Source of the DNA: Eledone cirrhosa | Taxonomy: Eukaryota | Reading direction: 5' to 3' | Assembly: GCA_964016885.1 (NCBI GenBank) | Contig: OZ024743.1 | Location: forward strand, 360,034,001 to 360,098,000 | Length of the DNA: 64,000 nucleotides | Shown: positions 28,556-41,059 of the stretch, one piece after another | How positions within the stretch are numbered: position 1 is the first letter of the stretch | How the letters are laid out: each line of letters begins with the position of its first letter | Made by a program: the position numbers and the translations under genes | Notes under the pieces: generated by a model | Told to the model about the DNA's origin: nothing | The model's database searches: none | What the model saw: only the letters and a program-made list of their open reading frames with translations

Positions 28556-28629
28556 AAAGCTTGCGGTACCGTGACTAGGTAAACAACAAATCAGCGTAGT
28601 ACTCTATGCATGGGAAGATGCAGAATGAG
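28311..28629. repeat. 80-bp inverted repeat around (TA)n (28311-28390 / 28425-28504) plus a third copy at 28552-28629
   Basis: Direct read. Confidence 0.92.
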
Positions 28630-28837
28630 AATAAAGGTAGGATAGAATTGACTGCGACACCCAGGTGTTTCGGCTTCTATGTAGGAAGCTTACTGGGGTA
28701 TGAAGAATCCTCGAATTTATGCTGGAATCGATTTAGGGATGTGTGAAATTGGGTCATTTGTTGAGACTGGACATTTTCTTTAGTCACTGGGTGCAGCAGA
28801 TGACATAATTCCACCCATTCCCCCATACATACATACA

Positions 28838-29445
28838 TGATGGCTGCCCCCTCGCTATCAAGTATGACCATTGCAAGATAAACAAATACACACACACTCA
28901 CACACATATACATACACATTAATAATTAACGGTGCTGCGATCGCTTTTTAGCCCAGCCAATGATCTCACTTGTTTTGCACAGAGTTAGCAAACATGATGA
29001 AAACATTCACTGGCAATAGCCGGGTTAGGTTGGTACTTTTGCATGTCGTTTGAGCCTTCCTGGTTATCTACACTCTTTTCCATATGCTTGACAGGTATGA
29101 TGAGCAGCATCTCCGACAGCAGCCTGGTAGTCAACCACTGATCTCACTTTATGACTGCGATGATGACTGCGATGATGACTGATTCTTGCATAGACGCTGC
29201 ATTGCTGTCTGGAAATGTAACAGCAATGCCTTTCTTGACATCCCATGTTACTTTCTCGTATGCGATTCGAGATACTTCAAAAGCTAATTATCCCCTCATG
29301 TGCAATCTTTCTCCATTTACTACGATTAGCAGCTACGCTTTCCCATGTATCAGCAAAGATGTTAGCGTCTTTCAAGGAGGCTTTCAACGAATACTTATAC
29401 CTGTTTTTCGGTTTATGTGGAGGTCCTTTTCCTTTAACTAACTCT
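28838..29445 (-). mobile_element. RTE LINE 3' fragment with (TATG)n tail
   Basis: KPKNRYKYSLKASLK..WESVAANRSKWR, C-terminal CQAYGKEC; 3' end GAGGGGGCAGCCATCA(TGTA)n. Confidence 0.8.
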
Positions 29446-29494
29446 ACATACATACATACATAGATACATACATACATACATAAATACATAAATA

Positions 29495-30555
29495 ATGACA
29501 GCAAACTCAAGCTAAGAGTATTGCAATTGCTTGTCAGATTCAGATGTGTAACGCTCGGATATGGCTTTTCAAGCCTGTTAGAGACTTTCACACCTTCGAA
29601 TATTCACGACAACTATGAATCTCCCTCATCTCAAGACTTGTATCAGGTTGCCTGTGGACTATCACAATTCCGTGGAGATTATAGGTCACTGGTTCTCTCT
29701 GAACATGGCAGCGACTGTGGCTCCTGAGACAAGATTTGCTCAAGCAAATCTTTTCACACTCACGCACACCAATTCAATGGAGACCCCGATCGTTTCAGTA
29801 GATACACCAGGGCATTGCTTAAGCACATCCCGTTTGATCTCGTGCTCTATGCGTCTGTCCTCAAAATTATGGACCCCATCATTCACCATTCTACGCCAAG
29901 TTTCTCTTTCATGAGCTTCTATCTCCCAGCCAGCCACCATCAAACCAATTTTCTTTCTATGAGTCCTTTACACAACCTTTGAACGGGAGCTTTGGTTTGT
30001 GAGGTGGTCTCTTACATTTACAAAGTTCACCATACGAAACCTGTTTCGGGATTCGATCGTCCTCAATTTTGCAGACGTTTCAGGCCCATCGGAAAGATCA
30101 GTGGTGGATGTTACATTCAATATTCCGACACTCACTTCATACACTTCAACACCACTGACATGCACCTGCTACTTGATACCGAGCATCAGTGCCGGTGAGA
30201 TCGTTCCAGTCTTTTCATATGCCGTTTAGGGGTAATCCATGTCTCACACCCATACAGCAATACTGACAGTACACATGCGGCATACATTTTCACCTTCATC
30301 TTCATTGTGATTCCTCGCCTGAACCACAGAGGGTCGCTGAGCCTTCCAAATGACTCACTTGCTTGATAACAAGCCGACTAACCTCTGCCTCCAGAGAGCA
30401 GGTCACTCTCAGAGTACTTCCCAAATACACAAATCTCTCAGCAACTTGCAGCTTTTGATCTCCGGAGCAGGAGGCCGACAGTCATCTTCAGACTGATTGT
30501 CAGTCCCAAAGCACTGCATGGATTGGAAAAAGAATCCATAAGGTATTGCATGTCC
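29495..30555 (-). mobile_element. RTE LINE 3' fragment
   Basis: QDMQYLMDSFS..LGLTISLK, FVYLGS, VLSVLLYGCETW, RETWRRMVNDGV..FE. Confidence 0.85.
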
Positions 30556-30661
30556 TGCATACATACATACTTACATGCATACATACACATATACTTAAAT
30601 ACGTACATACATACATACATACATACATTCATACATACATACATACATACATACATACATA

Positions 30662-31238
30662 CGTGGTGGCTGCCAACTCGTTTTCGAGTACGGCCACTAC
30701 TTTATATCCATTTTGGAGAACTCCTACCGATGCGCTAAACGAGTGTGACTTTTTAGTCCAGCCAGCGACCTGAAAACTCTGGTACAAACACTACACTTGT
30801 GACAATTATTGACACATAGTGCTGGGCCCTTGGTACCATATGACGACAAGTGCAGAGAGATCTCCAGATATAAAGCAATGCATGTGCCATGAAGCTTTTA
30901 TAGTGAGCAAAGGCACTGCACAAAGCCAGTCCCACTCTCTTAACCAAGATGATATTTACCAAAAAGAAGAACAAGTCAACATCATTGGATACCATCAGGG
31001 TTGCAGGTGTTATATCAGAGTTTTCCTTCTCCTAGAATTCTGCCTTGACAAAGGCTAAGGGGTCATCTCTCCCGGTGATTTTGGATGGCCATTGACTCTT
31101 AAGAGCTCCTTTGCCCTTTGACAGGTTTTGTTTTTAGTCCTGCAGGATGTCCAAAGTCACCCTCCTCACCAAGAAACCTTGGTGGGGTTGCCAGTTTAGT
31201 CGCCAACGACCCGACCATGAGACAGGTTGTACAGGTTG
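30662..31238 (-). mobile_element. Short non-autonomous RTE derivative (5'UTR fused to 3' end), copy A
   Basis: Minus strand RTE-type 5' motifs (GAGGAGGGTG..CCTGTCAAAGGGC, CTAGGAGAAGGAAAACTCTG), 3' end GAGTTGGCAGCCACCA(C/TGTA)n; near-identical to 31789-32397. Confidence 0.75.
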
Positions 31239-31349
31239 TACATACATAAATACAACCATACATACATACATACATACATACATACATACATACATACATA
31301 CATACATACATACATACATACATACATACATACATACACACATACATAC

Positions 31350-31645
31350 CTATTGGCATTCTGTTGGTTTTGAGGAGCACTGCTCCCGTAGATACGGAAC
31401 ACACTGCTCGTGAAATTAGTGTATATGTGACTGAGAATTCCGGAGACACGAGGACCATTAACATAGTTATCAGGGAAATTCAGCGTGATACAGGACGTTA
31501 CATAATTGTCCCTTCGAATTACAGATACAATTATCTTTTGCAAGCTAGTGGACTGGAACAATATGAAATAAAACATCCTGCCGAAGCACACAGCGTGCTA
31601 TCGGAAATCGGACTCACCTTACCATCGTGAGCCCAAATCTTACCA
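31350..31645 (-). mobile_element. RTE extreme 3' fragment with (TATG)n tail
   Basis: Degenerate C-terminal zinc-finger-like LCASAGCFISYCSSPLACKR, then ..GAATGCCAATAG(GTAT)n. Confidence 0.55.
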
Positions 31646-31788
31646 TACATACATACATACATACATACATACATACATACATACATACATACATACATAC
31701 ATACATACATACATACATACATACATACCTACCTACCTACCTACATACATACGTACATACCTACCTACCTACATACATACATACATAC

Positions 31789-32397
31789 ATGGTGGCTGCC
31801 AACTCGTTTTCGAGTACGGCCACTACTTTATATCCATGTAGGAGAACCCCTACCGATGCGCTGAACGAGTGTGACTTTTTAGTCCAGCCAGCGATTTGAA
31901 AACTCTGGTACAAACACTACACTTGTGACAATTATTGACACATAGTGCTGGGCCCATGGTACCATGTGACGACAAGTGCAGAGAGATCTCCAGATATAAA
32001 GCAATGCCTGTGCCGTGAAGCTTTTATAGTGAGCAAAGGCACTGCACAAAGCCAGTCCCACTCTCTTAACCAAGATGATATTTACCAAAAAGAAGAACAA
32101 GTCAACATCATTGGATACCATCACGGTTGCAGGTGTTATATCAGAGTTTTCCTTCTCCTAGAATTCTGCCTTGACAAAGGCTAAGGAGTCATCTCTCCCG
32201 GTGATTTTGGATGGCCATTGACTCTTAAGAGCTCCTTTGCCCTTTGACAGGTTTTGTATTTAGTCCTGCAGGATGTCCAAAGTCACCCTCCTCACCAAGA
32301 AACCTTGGTGGGGTTGCCAGTTTAGTCGCCAACGATCCGACCATGAGACAGGTTGTAAGGGATACATGTTACCAGTAGCACCAACTGGTGACCTGAC
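31789..32397 (-). mobile_element. Short non-autonomous RTE derivative, copy B
   Basis: Direct repeat of 30662-31238 with a longer 5' end. Confidence 0.75.
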
Positions 32398-32419
32398 ATA
32401 CATACATACATGCATACAT

Positions 32420-32903
32420 ACGTACATATCAGGCTCTGGGCATCATCAGAACAGCGCTTCCCCTTCTTTCTGCTAGAAATTGAAAGCAGCGAAAATCTAT
32501 AGTTTTTTTGCCTGTGTAAATAGATTGATTAACCTCATTTGCATATGAAGCTGTGTAAAATGCCTCAGCTGTAGACATACAAATATGTGAATTTCGTATA
32601 TCTAATGATTATACGGTATGCTTAATAAATATTAAATTGAATATTGAAAAGACTGACGGCTGGAGCCGTCAAGCGGGTTTTTACGGAAGCAGCAGGGTAC
32701 ACCTGTCAATGTACGTTTCAGATTCTGGCCATCATCAGGACAGTGCTTCCTTTGCTCTATGCTGGAATTTGAAACAAGCGAAAATACAGAGTTTTTTCGC
32801 CTGTGTAGATGGGCTAATTAGCCTCCTTTGCATATGGAGCTTTGTAAGCTGGCTCAGCTTAAAGGTAGAATGAAAATGTTAGATCCTACATACGTGAATT
32901 TCA
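32420..32903 (-). mobile_element. Tandem non-coding HHR-bearing unit of about 289 nt (retrozyme-like or PLE pLTR dimer)
   Basis: 32420-32600 is similar to 32710-32903; each carries TCATCAG. Confidence 0.6.
32703..32743 (-). ncRNA. Minimal type-I hammerhead motif
   Basis: Minus strand: ctgtc-CTGATGA-tggccagaatct-GAAAC(gtac)ATT-gacag; stem II and the triplet are partly mutated. Confidence 0.6.
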
Positions 32904-32914
32904 TACATACATAC

Positions 32915-33007
<93 letters not shown>

Positions 33008-33022
33008 TATATATATATATAT

Positions 33023-33170
<148 letters not shown>

Positions 33171-33293
33171 ATGTACACGTACATATATATATGTATACAG
33201 ACGTACAGTACTATGTATATATATGTACATACATGCACATATATATATATATATATGTACGTATGGATTCACTGAAAATGGCAGGAAGGTATA

Positions 33294-33334
33294 CGTTGCT
33301 GCCGATAGCTAATAAGCTTGAAACTAGTACAGCG
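33294..33334 (+). ncRNA. Minimal type-I hammerhead (core CTGCCGA, probably mutated)
   Basis: cgttg-CTGCCGA-t-agc(taataa)gct-t-GAAAC(ta)GTA-cagcg. Confidence 0.6.
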
Positions 33335-33707
33335 TTCCTTTGTCAGTGTTGAGCAAACGAGGAACGATGGTTGCTGGACCCTACGGCTTAATACGGGATG
33401 TTTGTTTACAAACACACCGAGCATTATAATAAATGTTCGGTGAATCCATACGTACATATATATATATGTGTGCATGTATGTATATGTATATTCATACTAC
33501 TGTACGTCTGTATACATATATCTATGTACGTGTACATACTTATATTTAATTAACAGCCGTACTAAGAGTGGGAAATGAAATTTCGTTTCATTTTTTCCGT
33601 TTATCGTTTTCGGTGCCGATTAACCCACTCGATATGCAAATTGGGCTACTCAGCCGTTAATATGCATAAGGTAAGTATATACTTCAACAATCTGGCAGGA
33701 AGGTATA

Positions 33708-33748
33708 CATTGCTGACGATAGCTAATAAGCTTGAAACTAGTACAGCG
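33708..33748 (+). ncRNA. Minimal type-I hammerhead (canonical CTGACGA)
   Basis: cattg-CTGACGA-t-agc(taataa)gct-t-GAAAC(ta)GTA-cagcg; palindrome ACTAGT. Confidence 0.75.
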
Positions 33749-33880
33749 TTCCTTTGTCAGTGTTGACCAAACGAGCAACGATGTTGGTTTACAAACACAG
33801 CGAGCATTATAATAAATGTTCGGTGAATCCATACGTACATATATATATATATATATGTGTGCATGTATGTATATATATAT

Positions 33881-35512
33881 AGAAAGGATAAAAAAGAACG
33901 ATTGATTATTCCTTCATTGCATTTATTGATAGGTGACGCGCGTTTCGCCACTGATCAGCTCAAGATTCGATCTATATCGATCCTACCCGACTCAATAATC
34001 GGCACCTCGACGGACTCTCTTAAAATGCTATAAGTAAATGAAATACAATGTTATGTGATAAAGTCAGAGTTTCAAGAGTTTGACAAAATGAGATGTTTTG
34101 ATTGGTGGGAAGGATCAAGGCGATGTACTGGCCTGTAGTGTATATTGTGGTGGGTGTGATGGTGAGATGTTGGTGACGGTCTTTGGATGGGGTGGGCTGT
34201 GGTGTGGTGGTGGTGGGTTGGCCTTGGCGTGTAGAGTATTTGGGGGTGGATGTGATAATATGGCGGTGGTTAAGGTTATTTAGTGGGATAGGCTGTGGTA
34301 TGAGGTTAGTGGATTGTCAGTAGACAGGTTGGCGTGTGGGTGGGGGTGTGGTAGTGGTGCCTTTGTCTATGGTAGCGGCGTTTGGGTGGTGTGGTGGATG
34401 TATTGGTGGCGTCAGGTCCTTATATCGATACATAGTTAGACGCTCTTCGTCTGACAGATACCTTGTATATACGTATACGTACACACATATATGTATATAT
34501 GTGCACATATATTGTTGTATAAACACACACAACATAAAACACATACGCATGTGTATGTATGTGTATGTATATATGTAAAACACCTACATCGCCTCTCACC
34601 TTCCCCCCATCTCTGTCGTTCGCCACCCCCACCGATACTCACCCACTCTCCATATTCGTGTCCGCATGCGCGCATGCACATACATTTGTGTACATATACA
34701 TATGGCTGTGTGTGAGCGTATGTCGATATGTGTGGGCAAGGATGTGCGTATGTGTTTTATGTTGTGTGTGTTTATACAACAATATATGTGCACATATATA
34801 CATATATGTGTGTACGTATACGTATATACAAGGTATCTGTCAGATGAAGAGCGTCTAACTATGTATCTATGTAAGGACCTGACGCCACCAATACATCCAC
34901 CACACCACCACAAACGCCGCTACCATAGACAAAGGCACCACTACCACACCCCCACCCAACGCCAACCTGTCTACTGACAATCCACTAACCTCATACCACA
35001 GCCCATCCCACTAATTAACCTTAACCACCACCATATTATCACATCCACCCCAAATACTCTACACGCCAAGGCCAAGCCACCGCCACCACACCACAGCCCA
35101 CCCCATCCACAGACCGTCACCAACATCTCACCATCACATCCACCCCAATATACACTACAGGCCAGTACATCGCCTTGATCCTTCCCACCAATCAAAACAT
35201 CTCATTTTGTCAAACTCTTGAAACTCTGACTTTACCACATAACATGTATTTCATTTTCTTATAGCATTTTAAGAGGGTCCGTCGAGCTGCCGATTATTGA
35301 GTCGGGTAGGATCGATATAGATCGAATCTTGAGCTGATCAGTGGCGAAACGCGCGTCACCTATCAATAAATGCAATGAAGGAATAATCAATCGTCCTTTT
35401 AATCCTTTCTATATTTTACACTCTGTATAGCTCTACACATCATCACAGAAGTGAACCTAAACATCGAGTCCTCACCCGGGTGAACCTGCAGTAACTCCTA
35501 GTTACACCTACT
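33881..35512 (+). mobile_element. PLE 3' region with inverted arms of about 670 bp (33881-34549 / 34745-35410)
   Basis: Arms are reverse complements; homologous to the 3' UTR of the PLE at 57745-59935. Confidence 0.85.
35275..35361 (+). ncRNA. Hammerhead-like motif, variant core CCGUCGA, long stem II
   Basis: gggt-CCGTCGA-gctgc.gatta...tgatc.gtggc-GAAAC(gcgc)GTC-acct; copies at 33931-34017 (-) and 59797-59881 (+). Confidence 0.55.
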
Positions 35513-35558
<46 letters not shown>

Positions 35559-38144
35559 ATGTGTCTTTAGAATGTGTTCAAATCCTGTGTGTTGGTTAAA
35601 AGTCAATAATCCATGGTGCTATCATTTTCCATTAAGCATGCCAAGAAGATTTACACGCAATATTTGTAATACATGTCAATAAAGCATGGAAACTGACAAT
35701 ACAGTTTCAAACATACAGCGAAACAATCAATTATCAGAGCAACATCTTCTGCGTCATTTAACATATAGAATTGATTTTAGTTTGTATGATTTAAGAATAT
35801 TAACTATTTGTATTTCATGTAAGTTATATAACGTTCATTCTCAAAGGAACTCAGTAAAATGTTAAATTTCATATTCAAAATTAATGTGGATGTCACGCTT
35901 TACTTACATGTGATGCAATAAAATCCATCGCTAGTATGGAATAAGACATCAGAGAGAAAGCTTTCAGAAGCAGCGATGCGACATTTTACTTATTTTGCAA
36001 AGAATTTCTATTTGTATATCACTGTCCATTCAGGGTTTTCAAAGGCATAAAACGAATAACAGCAACTGTTTGAAATATAAGAAAGGAAAGTATCCAATCA
36101 TTAGATTGGCTCAATGAAATTACGTTTTCATTAATCTTTTCATAACTGATACCATCTGCGCTCGCAACTCCTGGCAGAAGCGTTATTGCTTTTCCAGTGA
36201 CAGCAGATGTCATACATAATTAGACGGCATAGTCCTTGAACAAATACCTTAAAACATCCCGTTCAAATATTTAACAGCTGTCTACCAGGCTTCCATATAA
36301 ACTCAATAATGAAATTTTAACATTCTTTGTCCTCAGACATAATTACTTCTTTTCTTTTCAGCTAGTAACTATTTATCTATTGGCCGTGGACAGTAGACAA
36401 ACTTCTGCTTCTGAAAATGTTTATATAAAAAAAAGCGATAAACTTTGAAATACGTAACATATTCAAGCATTTCGATTTCTCATCGAATATTGACCTTTCA
36501 AATTTGATTCCATGCATTGTCCTGGCACAATTTTGTTTAGGAATAGTATAACCGAAAGCCTCTAATAAAATGTATGCCATTGCGTGTAGAAAATGGAAGT
36601 TAAATGAATGAAAGAAGAGTTTAATGTCAATAGGATTGAATCTAGAAAATAGAAGGTAGAAACTATATGCAGTGAAATATTTAGTCTGACAATTACTCCA
36701 CTAACCATTATGTTGAAATAATAATGGAAAATCCAGAGTTAGTTTTAAGATAATACAAGTTAGACATTTGGCGTCGTTGGCTTTGCATTAGCATTAGATT
36801 AAATGACTGTCTTTTTATATGGCAATCGATCCAATTGTGATTGAGGATGTTGATGTTAGACGTATAGAAGCTTGCAATTATTTATATAAATACTTACTGA
36901 TATATACATTTGTATCTCTTTAAACACACACGTAAATAGTGAGAATATATTTATCAAATACCATAACAGTTTAGCAATTTTCTACAAATTCTGCTTTAAC
37001 ATCTTATAATATTTATAAATGACGTCGTATTATAATTTGCGCTTTAGATTTGTTTCAAAATATCAATATTTGAAATGGTGCTGGTCCCAAACAACCGTCT
37101 AGATTTTAATGGAGGTTATATTACATTTTAGCGTTATATAGCAAAAACGTTATATTATAACATTTAAATCGATACTGCTAATATAGATTTGTATAATGTG
37201 TTTGCTTTATCGGCTTATAAGTGATCAAGCTGAGTGTATTTACTAAAGTTCCTGAAACCTTAAAAAATGTATTAATATTGTTTGGTTACGATTCTATATA
37301 TTTACAGTATACATTACATGAATGTGCATATTGAATATTTATTAGTTAAACTAATGAACTGGAACAAAGAAAATAAAGTTTTAGTTCTTTGAATTTCGGT
37401 ACTAAACATATTTGATAGTGAATTTCATATCTCAAATAGCCATTGAACCAAAGGATGTCAAAGATTCAGAGATTCAGATATTTGCATGTTACTTCAGATA
37501 CCTCTAACAATAATTGTAAAAGAGAATTAGGTATGCATGTCTCTCATAGACACATGTGTACCCGTTAAATAAGCCACCGCTTACATAACCAAAAATGACA
37601 ACTTATCAGTTTTACATTTAACTTTTTGACCTAAACAAATGTTTCATAATGATTTCTACCATCAAGTGTTTCATAATAATTGTTTCTACTTTAGGCACAA
37701 GGCCAGCAATTGGTGTACATATACGATTATAGCAATGTGTAATTTGTGTGAGACGTATGTACCTAGAGAGAAGATGATTGTATAACACAAATAGCTTTTC
37801 CTCTTCCCGGAATTAAACTTAGTTCTACAGATTACTGAATTATGTTCCACTTGTACTGTTACTTACAGTTGTAAAATAAACTATTCCAAGCCTGCTGGAA
37901 GTAAACGTTAATAATTCTGCGACGATTATGGAATGTGCATTCCTGCCTCATAGTTGGCTTCTTGTACGCTATCAACTCGCCGATCCACTTAAAGAGAATA
38001 TAATTACTCGACCAAACAGATACCCATATGAGATTTGTATAATGTCACTTTGCATAACGAGCAACATAAACAACTATTATGGCCTTCTACCACACTCAGA
38101 AATGCTAAATAAATCTGCACAATTATATGTGCTTTAGTATAGGT

Positions 38145-39632
38145 TATTTAGTACAGATTGTCCTGAGTATTTTTCTTTTCGTAAATGCTATATATTGTAC
38201 TCTTTTTAAACATGGATGTCTTCTGCCCGTGTTGAAATTGAAATAAATTATATTATATACATTGGAAGGAGAGGTCTCCTTATCTTGTTTTGTTATTAAC
38301 ACAATGTTTCGACTGATGTACCCTCCAGCCTTCATCAGGTGTCCTAGTGATATTATTATTAACGTTTGTTCAAGTCATTGCCTAGAATTGAATTCGGAAT
38401 CTTGAGGTTCGCAGCCGGCTTTTTAACCACTTATTTTTTTCTCGTGAATTTTCTTTTTTCTTCTAGTGAAATTTTAGGGCTTATCAACTGATATTTTTCT
38501 ATCCTTCCTCAATACCGGTTCCCATATACCACTCAAATCTGCACTAGGTCTGCTTAGGAAGTTATTGTGTCCTAGCATATGTGCTGCCTCCTTTAGATTT
38601 CGTGTTTTCCGGTGGTGTTCTCCGTCTATTATTTTAACTTCATCCCACAGGGAAGGTGGTCTCCGTTTTTCCATACAAGATCAGCTATACCCAATTTATC
38701 GATCTCTTCTCGTGTCACAGCTTTACGATGTTCTTCTACACTTATTTAGACGGGCCCCACCAGGAAGAAGTCTAAGTACTGCTAGATCATGTGAATTCAA
38801 TAAAGCCATGCATACAGTTCACAATGGAAAAAGAAAAAAGACACTCAGCTAGCATTCCTGGATGTATCAATAACACGCACTGAGTATGGATTCAAGACAT
38901 CCGTATACCGCAAGCCAACCTTCACTAGACGATACCTCAACTACAATTCCTACCATCCATACAATGTAAAGAGAGGGGTGGTTCAGTGCCTAAAACATCG
39001 AGCAAAGAATATAAGTAGCGATCCTAATACACACCACGAAGAAACGATCAAGCAAAGTCACAATTTGTTAAGCAATAACTATCCAAAAACATACTATCCA
39101 CTCCAATTAGGAAGGGAGAGAGGATGAAACCCATAAATTGACCACAGTCTGTCTACCCTATGTAAAAGGCATCTCGGAAAAGATACAAAAGATATGCGGC
39201 CCATATGACATCAGGACAGTATTTAAGAGTAATACAACACTTCGCAAATATCTCCTTCGAGTAGAACCACCAATAGAAGACAATATGACAAAAGACTGCG
39301 TGTACTCCATCCCATGCAGTTGTGGTAGGTTATACAAAGGCGAAACAGGCCACCCCCTCAAAATAAGGATAGAAGAAAATCGTAAAGCTGTGGCACGGGG
39401 AGAGATCGCTAAATCGGGTATAGCTGATTATGTATGGAGACCACCTTCCGCTGTGGGAAGAAGTTAAAGTAATAGACAGAGAACACCACCGGAAAACACG
39501 AAATCTAAAAGAGACAGCACATATGCTAGGACACAATAACGTCCTAAGCAGACCTAGTGCAGATATGAGTGGTATATATGGGAACCGGTATTGAAGAAGG
39601 ATAGAAAAATATCAGTTTATAAGCCCAAAATT
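38145..39632 (+). mobile_element. PLE (RT C-terminus plus GIY-YIG, 38750-39630) with an inverted 3' end at its 5' side (38145-38748)
   Basis: LLDHVNSIKPCIQFTME, LAFLDV, SVYRKPTFT.RYLNYNSYHP, LPYVKGISEKI, VYSIPCSCGRLYKGETG; 38473-38745 is the reverse complement of 39365-39632. Confidence 0.9.
38298..38343 (-). ncRNA. Minimal type-I hammerhead motif
   Basis: Minus strand: gacac-CTGATGA-a-ggctg(gagggtacat)cagtc-GAAACATT-gtgtt (probably GAAACGTT before CpG decay). Confidence 0.72.
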
Positions 39633-39639
39633 AGAGTAC

Positions 39640-39960
39640 AACAATTACTACTGGTAGGTTGATGTTGAAATTTCGAATGTTAGGTAGTAGTGCTCCTTCT
39701 CTGGAGAAACCTTTCGAAAGACAATGGTGATATAAAGGCCTGATTGATGTTTTATAGAATGTTAACGTTGCAAATCTACTTAACAGTATTTCTTCCGCCT
39801 CGAGAGAACAGTTTGATGATTCACTAAGTAAAAACATTTTTTTATTGTTTGCTTCATTTGAGCAAGTAAAAGATATAGCAATACTTTGCTTGGGTGGCTA
39901 ATGAAACTTGGTTTCGCATACTTTAGTTTTCCAAGTCATATAACAATTGGTTCTGTCCAT
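39640..39960 (-). mobile_element. Ancient RTE-like LINE remnant, probably continuing at about 37900-38140 and split by the PLE
   Basis: FLLSESSNCSLEAEEI resembles RTE YLGS..S..CSL..EI; LKWIGEL near 37990. Confidence 0.4.
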
Positions 39961-41059
39961 TTACTGAGATATTCCTTACTACGTAAATCACTATTATACA
40001 TTTTGTAAAGAATCTCAGTGACATATTCACATACTAGATTTAACATTTCTCCAATCTTCTAGATGATTTATTTAATTTGTTTCTTGATGCAACTTCGTCT
40101 GAATTGATTTCGGTCTCTTGTATATAAAAAAAAAATGTCCTTACTTAATGGTTTTAAATCGTGTATGTCTATTGCGCTATGTGACTGTATGCGCTTTCAG
40201 TAATCCTTCCATTTATTAGTTAATTTATTTTTATTCTGTGTTAGAGGGATTCCTAACCGTTTTTAATCATCACCCACTTTCATATGGAAAAACTTTCCAC
40301 CGCCCATCCCTATAGTGAATATATAAAAGCATAAATTCAGGATGGGCAGATTTCCTGATAGGCACGCTTGTAGACAATACAGAGGTTAACCGTCATAAAA
40401 TTCAGTTTACGAACCAGTTACAAACCGTTACCATTTTTGTTAAATCTTACAAAACATCTAAATGAACAATATTTGCAAAAGAAGATTCTTTTTTGAAAAT
40501 AATGTAAAACGTAGCTACAATATCTATTTATCATGACTGTGACTGATGCGACGCAGTTAATGCAAACACATTGGGTTTAAAATTAATTATCTTTAGCAAC
40601 AAATCAACTCGCTCCGTTATCTCCGACAGAAATGCGCCAAGAACGAACGTTAGGCGTCAGGTCTTGCGAGGCAGGGCCTAACAAATACAAAGGAAGACGA
40701 GAACGAGCGGTCTAACACTGCATCTAAATTCTAACTTCTAGCTAGCAAAAGGAGCTAGCAAATTATTTTTCGGGTGATAGAGATATTTACTTCGCCTACC
40801 ATTTAACATTCCCATTTATGTAATAGGGAGTTCTATCACTCAACCACATTGACAATTCTGTTTTTCTAGGGTCTAAAAATGACATTGGTAATATTTATTA
40901 TCGAATACTTTCTGGTCTTACGTATGGAGTTGCTTGAAGATATATGCTTTGATACGGGGTTCGGTTGTTTTAATTAATATATTCAGTTGTTTCGATTAAT
41001 AAACACTAAGTTTACTCTTGTTTATTTATTTTCATATTTTTCTGTATATATATATATTT

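Noticed and set aside
35930-36260. Possible host exons in unique-looking DNA (also 42450-43100, 46560-47000, 50128-50400, 53600-54960)
   Set aside because: Short, interrupted frames; several show faint LINE RT motifs (ASADGISYE, RCVIS, LPPAW); no supportable gene model
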